This document shows, in pieces, positions 1-9,862 of a stretch of DNA of 63,432 nucleotides (the stretch's first letter is position 1; every line of letters begins with the position of its first letter). Both the position numbers and the translations under genes were made by a program. This DNA is from an uncultured bacterium (GTDB lineage Bacteria > CAYUVA01), in the NCBI GenBank assembly GCA_964448115.1, contig CAYUVA010000021.1, positions 1 to 63,432 of the forward strand, read 5' to 3'. Under the pieces are notes generated by a model. It did no database searches and was not told where the DNA came from. It was given only the letters and a program-made list of their open reading frames with translations.

Positions 1-3000
1 CACCCGCAGCCGGTATCGATCACCTGTAACCTGGCTGTGTAAGTGCCGATGCCCTCGCTGGCGTAGTTGTAAGTCGGATTGCGCAACTGGGAGTCGAAAA
101 CGCCATCATTGGTGAAGTCCCAGTTGTAGTCATATACCCCAGTTCCGCCGCTAGCGTTGCCCTGGAAGTGGATATACTGGCCGTAAGGTTGTGGGCTATC
201 GCTGCTGGCAGATGCCACCGGCACCGTAACCATCTCGACCAGAGAGATAGTCGTGTCGGAGCAGGTGGTCTCCTCATCGATTATCTCCATAACAGCCGTA
301 TAGGTGCCCTCGCCATAAGGTGTGTAATCGAAGATAGGATTCTGCTCGGTGCTATCCCAGGTGCCATCATTGGTAAAGTCCCAACGGTAGGTATAAGGAG
401 CCTTGCCTCCCTTGCTTCCAGCAGAGCCATAAAACTGTACCGTATTCCCTAGGCATTGGGGACTATCATTGGTAGCCTGTGCATCCGGAGGATCCTTAAT
501 CTCGATTATCATGGTGGTTGTGCCGCTGCAATTGGTGCCGGTGTCGGTAGCCGTTAATCGGCAGGTATAGATGCCAGTGCTTGTATAGGTATGCTGTGGA
601 TTCTGCAGACTGGAATCGGAGTTTCCATCATCGGTGAAGTCCCATGACCAGGTGTAGCTTCCTGTACCCCCAGTCGCCGAGCCTTGGAAGTAGATCGTAT
701 TGTTCACACAGTTGGGTGCCTGGGCGTTTATATCCGGCTGGGGAAGCTCGATGATATATACATCAACGAATTCCTCCTCGTAGCAGCCGGTCTCCCACTC
801 CGCAGCCCTCAACCTGGTCGTGTAGTTACCAGGTCCATCAACCGCAAAGTTGTAATCCACGCTCTGCTCGAAGGCATCGAAGATATCATCATTGGTGAAG
901 TCCCAGAAATAATCGTACCCGGATGCACCGCCGCTGGCAAGCCCAATATAATTTACATTATCCAGCCAACACTTGGGTGAGTTCTCGAAGATCTCGATGC
1001 TCATCGGGTATCCGATGTCGATATTGAGAGTCTCCTCACCGGAGCAGCCGGTCTCCAGATCGACCACCGTAACATGGGCGATATAATGTCCAACTCCCTC
1101 CTGCAGGTAATCATAGGTCGGGCTTTGCTCCGTAGAGTCAATGGTGCCGTCGCTGGTATAGTCCCAAGCATAGCTATAGTTGCTGTCCCCGCCGATAACC
1201 TCAACATAGAAGGTAACCAGGTTCTCCAGGCACTGCGGCGAGTTGCTGTCCGTGTAGAGCGGAAGCTGGGCTGCAATATATACTGTAAATATTTCTTCAT
1301 CTATACAACCAGTATCAGCATCTCGCACCCGGAAACGAACCTCATACTCACCCTCGCCCATTGGCGTATAGTCAAAGGTTGGATTCTGCTGGGTTGAATC
1401 AATAGAACCATCATTAGTGAAATCCCACATGTACTGGTAGTTGCCTCCCGGCGGATCTGCCGAGCCATAGAACTGTACCGGTATCCCTAGGCAGACCGGG
1501 CTGTTGCTGCTCGGATTCGCCTCCGGCTGCTCGTAGATAACGACAGCCGTTGAGGTCTCGGTGGATTTACAGCCGGTATCTACATCCAATACCTCCATAG
1601 TAGCATAATAGGTGCCCGGTCCCTCCAGAAAGTAGTCGTAAGATGGATCTTTCTCGAAGACATCCCAGTTGCCGTCGCTGGTAAAGTCCCACCTGTACTC
1701 GAAGTTTCCGCTACCCCCCTGCACGACGCCGACGAAGTTCACTGTGCTCCCGTAACAGACCGGGGCATTGTGGAATATAGAGGTAGGCAGCGAGGAGACG
1801 ACTCTGACCGCAGTGGTAGCATCGGCAAAGCAGCCGTTGACCGCATCGGTAACCCTTAACCGCGCAGTATAGGAGCCAATGCCATAGCCCGCATAATCGT
1901 AGGTAGTGTTCTTGTCAAAGGCATCAAAAGTGCCATCATCGGTGAAGTCCCAAGCCCAATTATAGCTCCCTGAGCCACCGGTGGCATTGCCGTAAAACTT
2001 GATATCGCCGCCAGCGCACTGCGGGGAGTTGTTGCGAGCAGACGGGAAGGGCGTCTCTCTGATGGTTACCTCAAATGTATGCTCATCCCAGCAGTTACTG
2101 TTGCGATCAGCCACTCGCAATCTCACGGTATAGGTTCCCGGTCCCTCGGCAGAATAGTCGTAAGTGGGATCCTTCTGGGTGGAGTCAAATGTGCCGTCAT
2201 TGGTGAAGTCCCAATAATACAGATAAGAGCCGGTTCCGCCAGATCCCTCGCCATGGAATTGAACATCATCCCCGGAGCAATTGGGATCTGAAGCCCAGCC
2301 AAAGGCATTAGGTGCTGGCAAGACCTCTATGTTTAAGGTATCCTCGCCAACGCAACTCGAGGTCGGAGACCATACAAAGAGCTTTGCCACATAAGAGCCG
2401 GGTCCCTCGGCTGCATAATCATAAACCGGGTTTTGCTCGAAGCTGTCCCAGATGCCATCATTGGTGAAGTCCCACTGGTAGTTGTAGTTCCCGCTGCCAC
2501 CGCCGGTAACCAAGCCAAAGAAGGTTACATTATTCCCGAAGCAGACCGGTGAGTTGGATAACGCCACTGCCGGCAGGTTCAAAACAATATTAACCTGGAT
2601 AACCACCTGGTCGGTACAGCCGGTAACATTATCGGTTACATGCAGCCGAGCATCATAAATACCAATGCCCTCAACCAGATAATCATACACCGGGTTTTGC
2701 TGAGTGCTGTCCCAGATGCCATCATCGGTGAAGTCCCATAAAAATGAGTAATCACCGCTCCCTTGCGAGGCGGTACCGCTGAAATAGACTAGATCGCCAT
2801 AACAGACCGGGCTATTGCTACCAGCGAGTGCGACCACAGTATCCTCGAGGATATGGACGGTGGTGTTATGGTCCCTATAGCAGCCAGTACTCAGGTCGGT
2901 AACCCGTAAAGTTGCATTGTAGTATCCATAAGTGGGATACTCGTATTGAGGATTCTGCTCGTAGGTGTCAAAGGTTCCATCTGTCGTATAGTCCCACTTA

Positions 3001-6000
3001 TACTCATAAACACCGCTGCCACCGAACGCATTACCAGTGAATTGAACCGTCTCTCCATCGCACTTGGGAGAGTCATTGGATGCCTCTGCATAAACGGTAT
3101 TGACCACGACCTCTGCGGTGATCTCATCGTAGCAGACCAGGATATCCTTTCCTTGGAGCTTTTCTCCACCCACCTGTCGATCTACCACACGGACGCGCAT
3201 GGTATAAGTGCCCACGCCCTCAGCATCGTATCCATAGCAGGGAGATGGATCATCGATCACATCCCAAGCGCCGTCATTGGTCCAATCCCAGAGGAACTTG
3301 AAGTCGCCGCTGCCACCGCTGACCGACGGAATAAAGCAAGCCTCTTCGTAAGGCAAGCAGATCGGATTGTTATAATTCAAACTAAGTATCGGCTGTTCAA
3401 ACACTTGTATGGTTAGATTGCGATCCACAACGCACCCGGAGACCAGGTCGGTAACCGTAATAACTGCATTATACGTACCCGGACCCTCCTGGTGATATCC
3501 ATAATCAGTGGTTTGCAGGTAACTATCAACGATGCCATCATCGGTGAAGTCCCACTCGAACTGGAAGTAGCCGGTGCCTCCGCTCACCTGTGCAGAGAAG
3601 GTCATGTTAAGATCCGGGTCGTAGCACATGGGCGCATTGCTAGAGGCGCTAAGCTCGAATCCCTCATATACATTAACCGAGATATACTCCAAAGACTCGC
3701 AAGCCGTATCCTGATCCAACACGCTCAACACGCAGACATAAGCGCCCGGTCCCTCATCCGCATAGTCGTACTGAACGGTTTGACCGGTCGCATCGTAAGT
3801 GCCGTCATTGGTGAAATCCCAGCGGAATGTATAGGTTCCCGAGCCTCCAGAAGCTGACGCGGTAAAGGTGATCGGATTGCCATAGCATCCATCAAGATCC
3901 TCCTTGCCGCCAAGCAGCTTTCTGAGATCGATGATCGGGGACTCGATGATGTTGACATAGACCTGCGTCTCAGCAGAACATTGCCAATCATTATCAAGGA
4001 CGCGAAGGGTTACCAGGTATGTACCGGGTCCCTCGACCTCATAGTTATAAGTAGGATTCTGCAAGGTGGAATCTACCACCTCATCGCTCTGGAAGTCCCA
4101 TTCATAGCTGTAATTGCCAGAGCCAGCAGTTACGATAGCCTGGAATTGAACCGGATCCGGATAACAAACATTGTTATCCGCATGAGCCTCAATGTTCAGC
4201 TCTGGATTTACGATCACCTGGTCGGTGTATGTATCGCTGCAAACGATAAGGTCATAGTCTATTGATACGGTAAGGCTTACCGTGTAGGTACCTACACCCT
4301 CGCTCTGATAGTCATAAGAGGGATCCACCTCATTGGAATCGATTGTTCCATCGCCATCGAAGTCCCACTCGTACAGCCATGTTCCCTCTCCGCCGGTAAC
4401 GGTTGAATTGAAGTCAACCGTCTGCCCCAGGCAGATCGGTCCATTATGAGTGAAACGAACCACTGGCGACTCGAAGACCATGATTGTATGATAGATGTCA
4501 TCATAGCAGTATGGACTGGTGCCCAGGTCTGTGATCCTGAGCCTTACCGTATATGTGCCCGCACCGACATCCATAAAGTCATAGGCTGGATCCTCTTGGT
4601 TGGAATCCCAGGCTCCATCATTGGTGAAGTCCCAAAGATACTGGTATGGACCCGTGCCCTCCTGGGTAAGGTAAGAATCGAACTGCACAACCTGTCCAAG
4701 ACATATTATGGCGGTATAGTTGAAATCCCCCTCCACCTTTGGCTGGATGACTACGGTAAGATTTTGATCCACCGCACACAAGGAGACGACATCCTCAACC
4801 CTGACTTGGGCGGTGTATGTGCCCGGTCCCTCTGCGAGGTAGCCGTATTCGGGATCTTCTATGAAAGCATCCCAAACGCCATCGTTGGTGAAGTCCCAGA
4901 ACCAGTTATAACTTCCCGTTCCTTCTGAGGCTTCGGCATCGAAGTGAACCACATGACCATAGCACTTTGGCGAGTCGCTGGTGGCGGTCAACAATGGCGC
5001 CGGATCGATGGTTATTACATGTGTATCCTCGGAGATGCAGTGATTATTGTTATCCTCCACCTGGAGAAGGATGGTGTATGCCCCGTAGTTCTGATAGGTA
5101 TGCAGCGGATTCGCCTCGAAGGAGTCCCAGGTCGGTGTCATACCATCATACTCAAAGTCCCATCGATAGGTGAAGTCGCCGGTACCATGCTGGACATCGC
5201 TTTGCAGTTGCAGCTCATCGCGCTGGCACCAGTTGTCAGGGGCGATGATGGAAGCAACCGGAGCATCATAGATCTCCACTTGGGCGGTGAAGTCCACCTC
5301 ACAATGCGTCTCGTTTTGCTTGCCAGCCGGTTTGCCGGCAACATCGCCATCTAGCTTCTTCCCTATGTCGGAGTGATCGATCACCCGCAGCAGAACTGTA
5401 TATACACCAGGTCCCTCTGGTAGATAATCATAACTGGGATTTTCATCGTATGAGTCCCAGGTTGGAGTAGATCCATTGTAGTTGAAGTCCCAGTAGTAAT
5501 CGTAGTTCTCGAAGCCACCGTTCACATCGCTTACGAAGTTGACCGTCTCGCCGTAGCACTTGGGAGCATCGTGAGTGAAGGAAACCGTGGGGATAGGATT
5601 AACATAGACGATGATAATGTTCTGATCGAAGCAGTAGTCATCGGCTTTACCGCCACCTAGCTTCTCACCGGTGCGGTTTTCCACCCTGAAGAGCACCTGG
5701 TAAACGCCTGGTCCCTCGACCGTATAGGCATAAGAGGGATCTTTAATGAAAGAGTCCCATTCGGGAGTCCCGCCCTGATAGTCGAAATCCCAGTAATAAT
5801 TATAGCCGGGTATCCAAGGATCAACATTGCCCTGGAACTGCACCGTCTCCAGCGAATAGCAGATAGGTGAGTTGCTGCTCGGAGAGACGACCGGTTGCGT
5901 CATCACTTTGACCACCAGAATATCGGTGTCTGTCTCCATCGTATCCAGGTCGGTTACTTGTCCCCAGCAGTGATAGATGCCCGCTCCCTCCGTGGCATAG

Positions 6001-6230
6001 TCGTAAGCCGGAGCATCACCTGTATAATCAATGGTGCCATCATTAGTATAGTCCCACTCGAATTGAAGGTTCTCCCCTCCGCCGGTTACATGCGGGATAA
6101 AGTGGAAGATGGTTCCGAAGCAGCCCGGATTCTCCTCGCTTGTTATATCCAAGGTTATCGCATAAGCATGCGAGAGACCTGCCAAAAGTAGGCATAAAAA
6201 GAGATAGAGATGTCTATTTGCTGGTTTCAT
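1..6230 (-). CDS. Giant secreted PKD-repeat surface protein (>=2076 aa, truncated by the left window edge)
   Basis: Not in the ORF track because it has no stop in the window. ATG at 6230 with AGGGGG SD; N-terminus MKPANRHLYLFLCLLLAGLSHAYA is signal-peptide-like. The same frame is read at positions 3-5. 23 repeats of ~87 aa, each with a W-D-F/Y/W core (mostly WDFTNDG-like) plus NP/DP-x-Y-x-Y and G-x-Y-x-x-x-L-x-V, typical of PKD domains. Confidence 0.9.
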   Translation of the reverse strand, partial: MKPANRHLYLFLCLLLAGLSHAYAITLDITSEENPGCFGTIFHFIPHVTGGGENLQFEWDYTNDGTIDYTGDAPAYDYATEGAGIYHCWGQVTDLDTMETDTDILVVKVMTQPVVSPSSNSPICYSLETVQFQGNVDPWIPGYNYYWDFDYQGGTPEWDSFIKDPSYAYTVEGPGVYQVLFRVENRTGEKLGGGKADDYCFDQNIIIVYVNPIPTVSFTHDAPKCYGETVNFVSDVNGGFENYDYYWDFNYNGSTPTWDSYDENPSYDYLPEGPGVYTVLLRVIDHSDIGKKLDGDVAGKPAGKQNETHCEVDFTAQVEIYDAPVASIIAPDNWCQRDELQLQSDVQHGTGDFTYRWDFEYDGMTPTWDSFEANPLHTYQNYGAYTILLQVEDNNNHCISEDTHVITIDPAPLLTATSDSPKCYGHVVHFDAEASEGTGSYNWFWDFTNDGVWDAFIEDPEYGYLAEGPGTYTAQVRVEDVVSLCAVDQNLTVVIQPKVEGDFNYTAIICLGQVVQFDSYLTQEGTGPYQYLWDFTNDGAWDSNQEDPAYDFMDVGAGTYTVRLRITDLGTSPYCYDDIYHTIMVFESPVVRFTHNGPICLGQTVDFNSTVTGGEGTWLYEWDFDGDGTIDSNEVDPSYDYQSEGVGTYTVSLTVSIDYDLIVCSDTYTDQVIVNPELNIEAHADNNVCYPDPVQFQAIVTAGSGNYSYEWDFQSDEVVDSTLQNPTYNYEVEGPGTYLVTLRVLDNDWQCSAETQVYVNIIESPIIDLRKLLGGKEDLDGCYGNPITFTASASGGSGTYTFRWDFTNDGTYDATGQTVQYDYADEGPGAYVCVLSVLDQDTACESLEYISVNVYEGFELSASSNAPMCYDPDLNMTFSAQVSGGTGYFQFEWDFTDDGIVDSYLQTTDYGYHQEGPGTYNAVITVTDLVSGCVVDRNLTIQVFEQPILSLNYNNPICLPYEEACFIPSVSGGSGDFKFLWDWTNDGAWDVIDDPSPCYGYDAEGVGTYTMRVRVVDRQVGGEKLQGKDILVCYDEITAEVVVNTVYAEASNDSPKCDGETVQFTGNAFGGSGVYEYKWDYTTDGTFDTYEQNPQYEYPTYGYYNATLRVTDLSTGCYRDHNTTVHILEDTVVALAGSNSPVCYGDLVYFSGTASQGSGDYSFLWDFTDDGIWDSTQQNPVYDYLVEGIGIYDARLHVTDNVTGCTDQVVIQVNIVLNLPAVALSNSPVCFGNNVTFFGLVTGGGSGNYNYQWDFTNDGIWDSFEQNPVYDYAAEGPGSYVAKLFVWSPTSSCVGEDTLNIEVLPAPNAFGWASDPNCSGDDVQFHGEGSGGTGSYLYYWDFTNDGTFDSTQKDPTYDYSAEGPGTYTVRLRVADRNSNCWDEHTFEVTIRETPFPSARNNSPQCAGGDIKFYGNATGGSGSYNWAWDFTDDGTFDAFDKNTTYDYAGYGIGSYTARLRVTDAVNGCFADATTAVRVVSSLPTSIFHNAPVCYGSTVNFVGVVQGGSGNFEYRWDFTSDGNWDVFEKDPSYDYFLEGPGTYYATMEVLDVDTGCKSTETSTAVVIYEQPEANPSSNSPVCLGIPVQFYGSADPPGGNYQYMWDFTNDGSIDSTQQNPTFDYTPMGEGEYEVRFRVRDADTGCIDEEIFTVYIAAQLPLYTDSNSPQCLENLVTFYVEVIGGDSNYSYAWDYTSDGTIDSTEQSPTYDYLQEGVGHYIAHVTVVDLETGCSGEETLNIDIGYPMSIEIFENSPKCWLDNVNYIGLASGGASGYDYFWDFTNDDIFDAFEQSVDYNFAVDGPGNYTTRLRAAEWETGCYEEEFVDVYIIELPQPDINAQAPNCVNNTIYFQGSATGGTGSYTWSWDFTDDGNSDSSLQNPQHTYTSTGIYTCRLTATDTGTNCSGTTTMIIEIKDPPDAQATNDSPQCLGNTVQFYGSAGSKGGKAPYTYRWDFTNDGTWDSTEQNPIFDYTPYGEGTYTAVMEIIDEETTCSDTTISLVEMVTVPVASASSDSPQPYGQYIHFQGNASGGTGVYDYNWDFTNDGVFDSQLRNPTYNYASEGIGTYTARLQVIDTGCG

Positions 6231-6326
6231 TTTCGTAAACCCCCTGCGGTTTTTTTCAATTTCGCCTTTGTTCCTTTACATTTAACTTATGATAGCCTGA
6301 ACCTCCCCTTGGTTAAGTCTAATTAT

Positions 6327-6355
6327 AATATACATCCAATTTGGAATTTTCGCAA
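6327..6355 (-). promoter_or_regulatory. Putative sigma70 promoter of the PKD-repeat gene
   Basis: Minus strand TTGCGA-17 nt-TATATT about 100 nt upstream of the ATG. Confidence 0.4.
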
Positions 6356-6608
6356 GTGAAAAAGCGACTTTTTTATCAAAAACTTAAAAGATCTCTTCAT
6401 AACCAGAGACTCTCACCTTCTATTTTGCCGATTTATTTTCCAATTGAAGGGCTAAAATGACCCTCTAAAGTATAGAAAATCCCCCTAAAACGAACATCTG
6501 AACCCAATTACATTGAAAGTAGGCTTTCAAATGTAAAGGTGAGACAAGGTCTAATGATGATTCCCGCATACCCCTCCCTGTCAGAGTCTGTCTCAAACCC
6601 CACACCGG

Positions 6609-6756
6609 GTCATCCCGAGTGCAGTCCCGATTTTTGAAAAAATAGGAACCAAGTCGAGGGATCTCCCCCCCCTATATTCCTCCAAACCTTGGGGGGAGAA
6701 GAGGTGGGGAGAGATCCCTCGAATTCGCTCCGATATGTCGCTCCGCCCAGGATGAC
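6609..6756. repeat. REP-like nested palindrome (GTCATCC...GGATGAC family)
   Basis: Outer arms GTCATCC/GGATGAC; inner perfect 12-bp inverted repeat TCGAGGGATCTC/GAGATCCCTCGA. Confidence 0.6.
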
Positions 6757-7045
6757 AGGGAGTATTGGTCGCGGCTTCGTTGCTTTAATCTTTAGTCTTT
6801 GGACTTTAGTGGCTTTGTGGTGAAAAGTTTTCCTTGCACCTCGCAACTTTTTCTCTTGGCGTTCTTTGCGTTTGGTATCGTGATTTGGATCAGTTGCTGG
6901 TAACTATCTAAGCAAGCCTGGTGGGTTGAATGGGATTGCTCCAGGAACTGGTTCACATAAGAACCAGTTAAATGCCTACCGAGCCACTTTCAACTGTTGC
7001 GACGCCGCAACAGTTATCAACTTGGCGGTTAGGACATTCTGATCC

Positions 7046-7105
7046 CAAGCCGTGAGCGTGAGCGAGCGGTCATTTCTTAACCACTCCCTAACCGTCGTGG
7101 CTCGG
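7046..7105. repeat. REP-like imperfect hairpin; one arm recurs inverted at 27397-27419
   Basis: CCGTGAGCGTGAGCGAGCGGTCA (7050-7072) pairs imperfectly with ACCACTCCCTAACCGTCGTGGCTCGG and matches the reverse complement of 27397-27419 at 23/23 nt. Confidence 0.65.
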
Positions 7106-7386
7106 ATAATGTATCGCCACTTCGGGGCAAGGACTGGATTCTCGTTCACCCGTGTTTGTATAAGGCAAGCTAATAATATTCGTGTAACATTCGTGAGAGT
7201 GGCTCTAGGAATTTAGAACCACCACGACATCTCGACATTGTCGGGAACACGAAGAAATAACACTATTTCTTTGCGACCTTGCGCTTTTGCTACTTAGCGT
7301 GAATATAGAAATTGAATGTGTGTTGATTTTTATTTAAAGTTAAGTTAATGTAGATTACGAACAACTTTATTCCAAAGGAGGAAAAG

Positions 7387-9774
7387 GTGAAAAAGTACAG
7401 TTTTTTTTATTATATGTTAGGGCTGTTGTTCCTGATTAGCATCTGCTGGGGCGCGACCTGGGAGTGGCGTAATCCATACCCGACAGCCAATAATTTCTAC
7501 GCCACCTTTACTATGGGGTCTGATGATGTATATGTTGTCGGCAGTGCGGGGAGCTTTTATCGATACAACAACGATGAATGGAGCAAGATCCCGACTGGCA
7601 TCCAGTTCGATCTGCGCGGAATAACCACCATCGATGGACAATTAACCCTCTATGGCGATAACGGCACTATCATGAAGTATGATGGCTCTAGCTGGACTGA
7701 CTATTCGGTGCCGTTTGAGCGTCGAGTCGATGATATGGTCGCCTTCGGCACCGAGGATATCTATGCCATAGAAGGTGGAACTAACAAGTTGTGGCATCGC
7801 ACCGGGGGAGTCTGGACATCTTACGAATATGGTTCGCTTGAGTTAACTACTATCACCGGATCTAATCCGGGCGAGATCTTCATTGCAGGACATGCTGGCA
7901 AGGTGGGAAGGCTTTTGGGGATGGCATATAGTGCACTCGATGTTGTATATGATGAGCCTGAGAAGGTTAACTTCAAGCAATTTTTGCAGATTAACGAGGA
8001 TTTGATTTTCCTGTTCGGTCCCAAGAGCGACGAGGATATAACATTAGTCTTTATATACAATATAGACTTCGAGTACTGGTATCTACACAGCACCATTCCA
8101 ACCCAGGGCTTTCGAGCTGCAGCCTCGGCGGGGACCGGCATGGTCATTGCCATCACCGATGATGGCATCTATCGGTTGAATACAGATATCTGGGTGTTAG
8201 AGGATATCCCGGTGCAGGATATGTATAACGCAGCGGTTTACTCCCCGACCAATTATTGGGTTTGTGGCGACAGGGGGCAACTGCTTAATGTTCGTGAGGG
8301 CTTTGCATTATGGAAATCTACTAATCTCACCCCTACAGGCGCCCTATACAAGCTGCACGGAACCGACTTCAACAATATCTGGTCGGTAGGGAGTGGAGAT
8401 AACATACTGCGCGGTTTATCAGGCTTATGGACAAAGATGTACACCGAGATACCATCGGTTTATCATGGGGTTCACTCCACCTCGGAGAGCAATACCTGGA
8501 TAGTCGGCGAGGGTGGCGCTGCATATCGTTTTAATGGAATGACCATGGTATATACACCTTATGAGGAGACGGTCAGGGATCTACTGATAGATGAGACTGG
8601 CATAACTCGAGCCGTGGAGCCGGTGCTTAAATCGGTATCATCGGTCTCTTCAAATGATACTTATGCGATCACCAGCGATAAGGTGCTAAAATTCGATGGT
8701 GTTGAATGGACAATCTTCTACCAGCCTTCCAGCCAAGTCAACTTCAGCGGCATCCACGCCTTCAATACAACCAACATCTGGGTTTGGGGCGATTATACAG
8801 GAGATCAAAAGAGCCTCCTGCGCTATAACGGAACTACCTGGGAGGATATCGTTGTGCCTTATGCCAAGGATAAGGCGAGGGATCTATTAGATATGACTCC
8901 ACTGACAGTAAATGACCTTCTTTTCTTAACCAAGCAGAACGATATCCTGAGGTACTCGACCAGTGGCTGGACTAGGCTGCCCATGCCTATAATCTCAAAA
9001 AGCCCTGCCAAGGATCTCCTCATCGATGAGACCGCGGTCATTCGTCATGGCAACCTTCATGGCATAACCGCGGTTGATGAATCGAATATTTGGGCTGTTG
9101 GAGACTATGGTAATGTTTACTACTTTGATGGCGAGTCCTGGGCATCGGTTAATCTGGAGATAAATCTTCCTCTCTATGATGTTTTCGCTGCCTCCTATTC
9201 TGATGTTTGGGTTGCCGGTAGTAATGGAGCGCTCTTATATTCTAGCGATGCGGCGGTTATTCCTACTCCGACTCCGACACCCTCCATGACTCCAACTATT
9301 TCTCCGACACCAACTAACACATCGCCAACTACTGACACCCCGACACCAACCAGGACGCCGACCAGGACACGCACACCGACCAGGACTCCCTCAAGAACCC
9401 CCACCAATACACCAACACCTACTCCCAATGAGAAACCTGAGATAATGCTTGCCGGTTACATGGGTCCTTCCACTAACTATACCTCTGCCGGGGGAGGAGA
9501 TATTTACCTATTGGCTTATGCGATGGATGATTATGGGTTCGAGAGCATCGATAATATCGAGATGTATCTCAGCCAGGGCACCGTGCCTCTGGGAGTATAT
9601 CTTTATGATGATGGCAACCATAATGACTTTGGAGCACACGATGGCTTGTTCGCCTTCTATGCTTCAGGTGTTGCGCCCGGTGCACCGGTTGGCATGTATC
9701 TAATAGAGCTTATCGCTACTGATTCGGGGGGGCTTAAATCACTGATCTGGCCATACCTAGATGTAACACAATAA
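7387..9774 (+). CDS. Secreted beta-propeller-like repeat protein with Thr/Pro linker and conserved C-terminal domain
   Basis: GTG start with AAGGAGG SD; signal peptide; repeats of the type N/D-I-W-x-V-G-x-x-G...Y/F-D/N-G-x-x-W; TPTP linker; C-terminal PEIMLAGY...WPYLDV domain. Confidence 0.8.
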   Translation: MKKYSFFYYMLGLLFLISICWGATWEWRNPYPTANNFYATFTMGSDDVYVVGSAGSFYRYNNDEWSKIPTGIQFDLRGITTIDGQLTLYGDNGTIMKYDGSSWTDYSVPFERRVDDMVAFGTEDIYAIEGGTNKLWHRTGGVWTSYEYGSLELTTITGSNPGEIFIAGHAGKVGRLLGMAYSALDVVYDEPEKVNFKQFLQINEDLIFLFGPKSDEDITLVFIYNIDFEYWYLHSTIPTQGFRAAASAGTGMVIAITDDGIYRLNTDIWVLEDIPVQDMYNAAVYSPTNYWVCGDRGQLLNVREGFALWKSTNLTPTGALYKLHGTDFNNIWSVGSGDNILRGLSGLWTKMYTEIPSVYHGVHSTSESNTWIVGEGGAAYRFNGMTMVYTPYEETVRDLLIDETGITRAVEPVLKSVSSVSSNDTYAITSDKVLKFDGVEWTIFYQPSSQVNFSGIHAFNTTNIWVWGDYTGDQKSLLRYNGTTWEDIVVPYAKDKARDLLDMTPLTVNDLLFLTKQNDILRYSTSGWTRLPMPIISKSPAKDLLIDETAVIRHGNLHGITAVDESNIWAVGDYGNVYYFDGESWASVNLEINLPLYDVFAASYSDVWVAGSNGALLYSSDAAVIPTPTPTPSMTPTISPTPTNTSPTTDTPTPTRTPTRTRTPTRTPSRTPTNTPTPTPNEKPEIMLAGYMGPSTNYTSAGGGDIYLLAYAMDDYGFESIDNIEMYLSQGTVPLGVYLYDDGNHNDFGAHDGLFAFYASGVAPGAPVGMYLIELIATDSGGLKSLIWPYLDVTQ

Positions 9775-9862
9775 TAATCACCCGAGCGCCTTAACGACAA
9801 AGACAAGCCAAACATCAATATAGTGATGGCTGTATGCAGTGCCTGCCTGGTGAAGTTATAAT

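Noticed and set aside
100-6060. Regularly spaced GGTGAAGTCCCA motif (~261 bp period) resembling a CRISPR array
   Set aside because: The repeat is short and degenerate at wobble positions, the spacing is too long, it encodes the PKD core, and there are no cas genes.
20-6191. Many short ORFs on both strands in the ORF track
   Set aside because: They are shadows of the single PKD-repeat frame; their recurring IIGEVP is the antisense of WDFTND.
6584-6598. IS-end-like words (AGAGTCTGTCTCAAA; similar near 20221 and 27217)
   Set aside because: No matching partner end, target duplication or transposase found.
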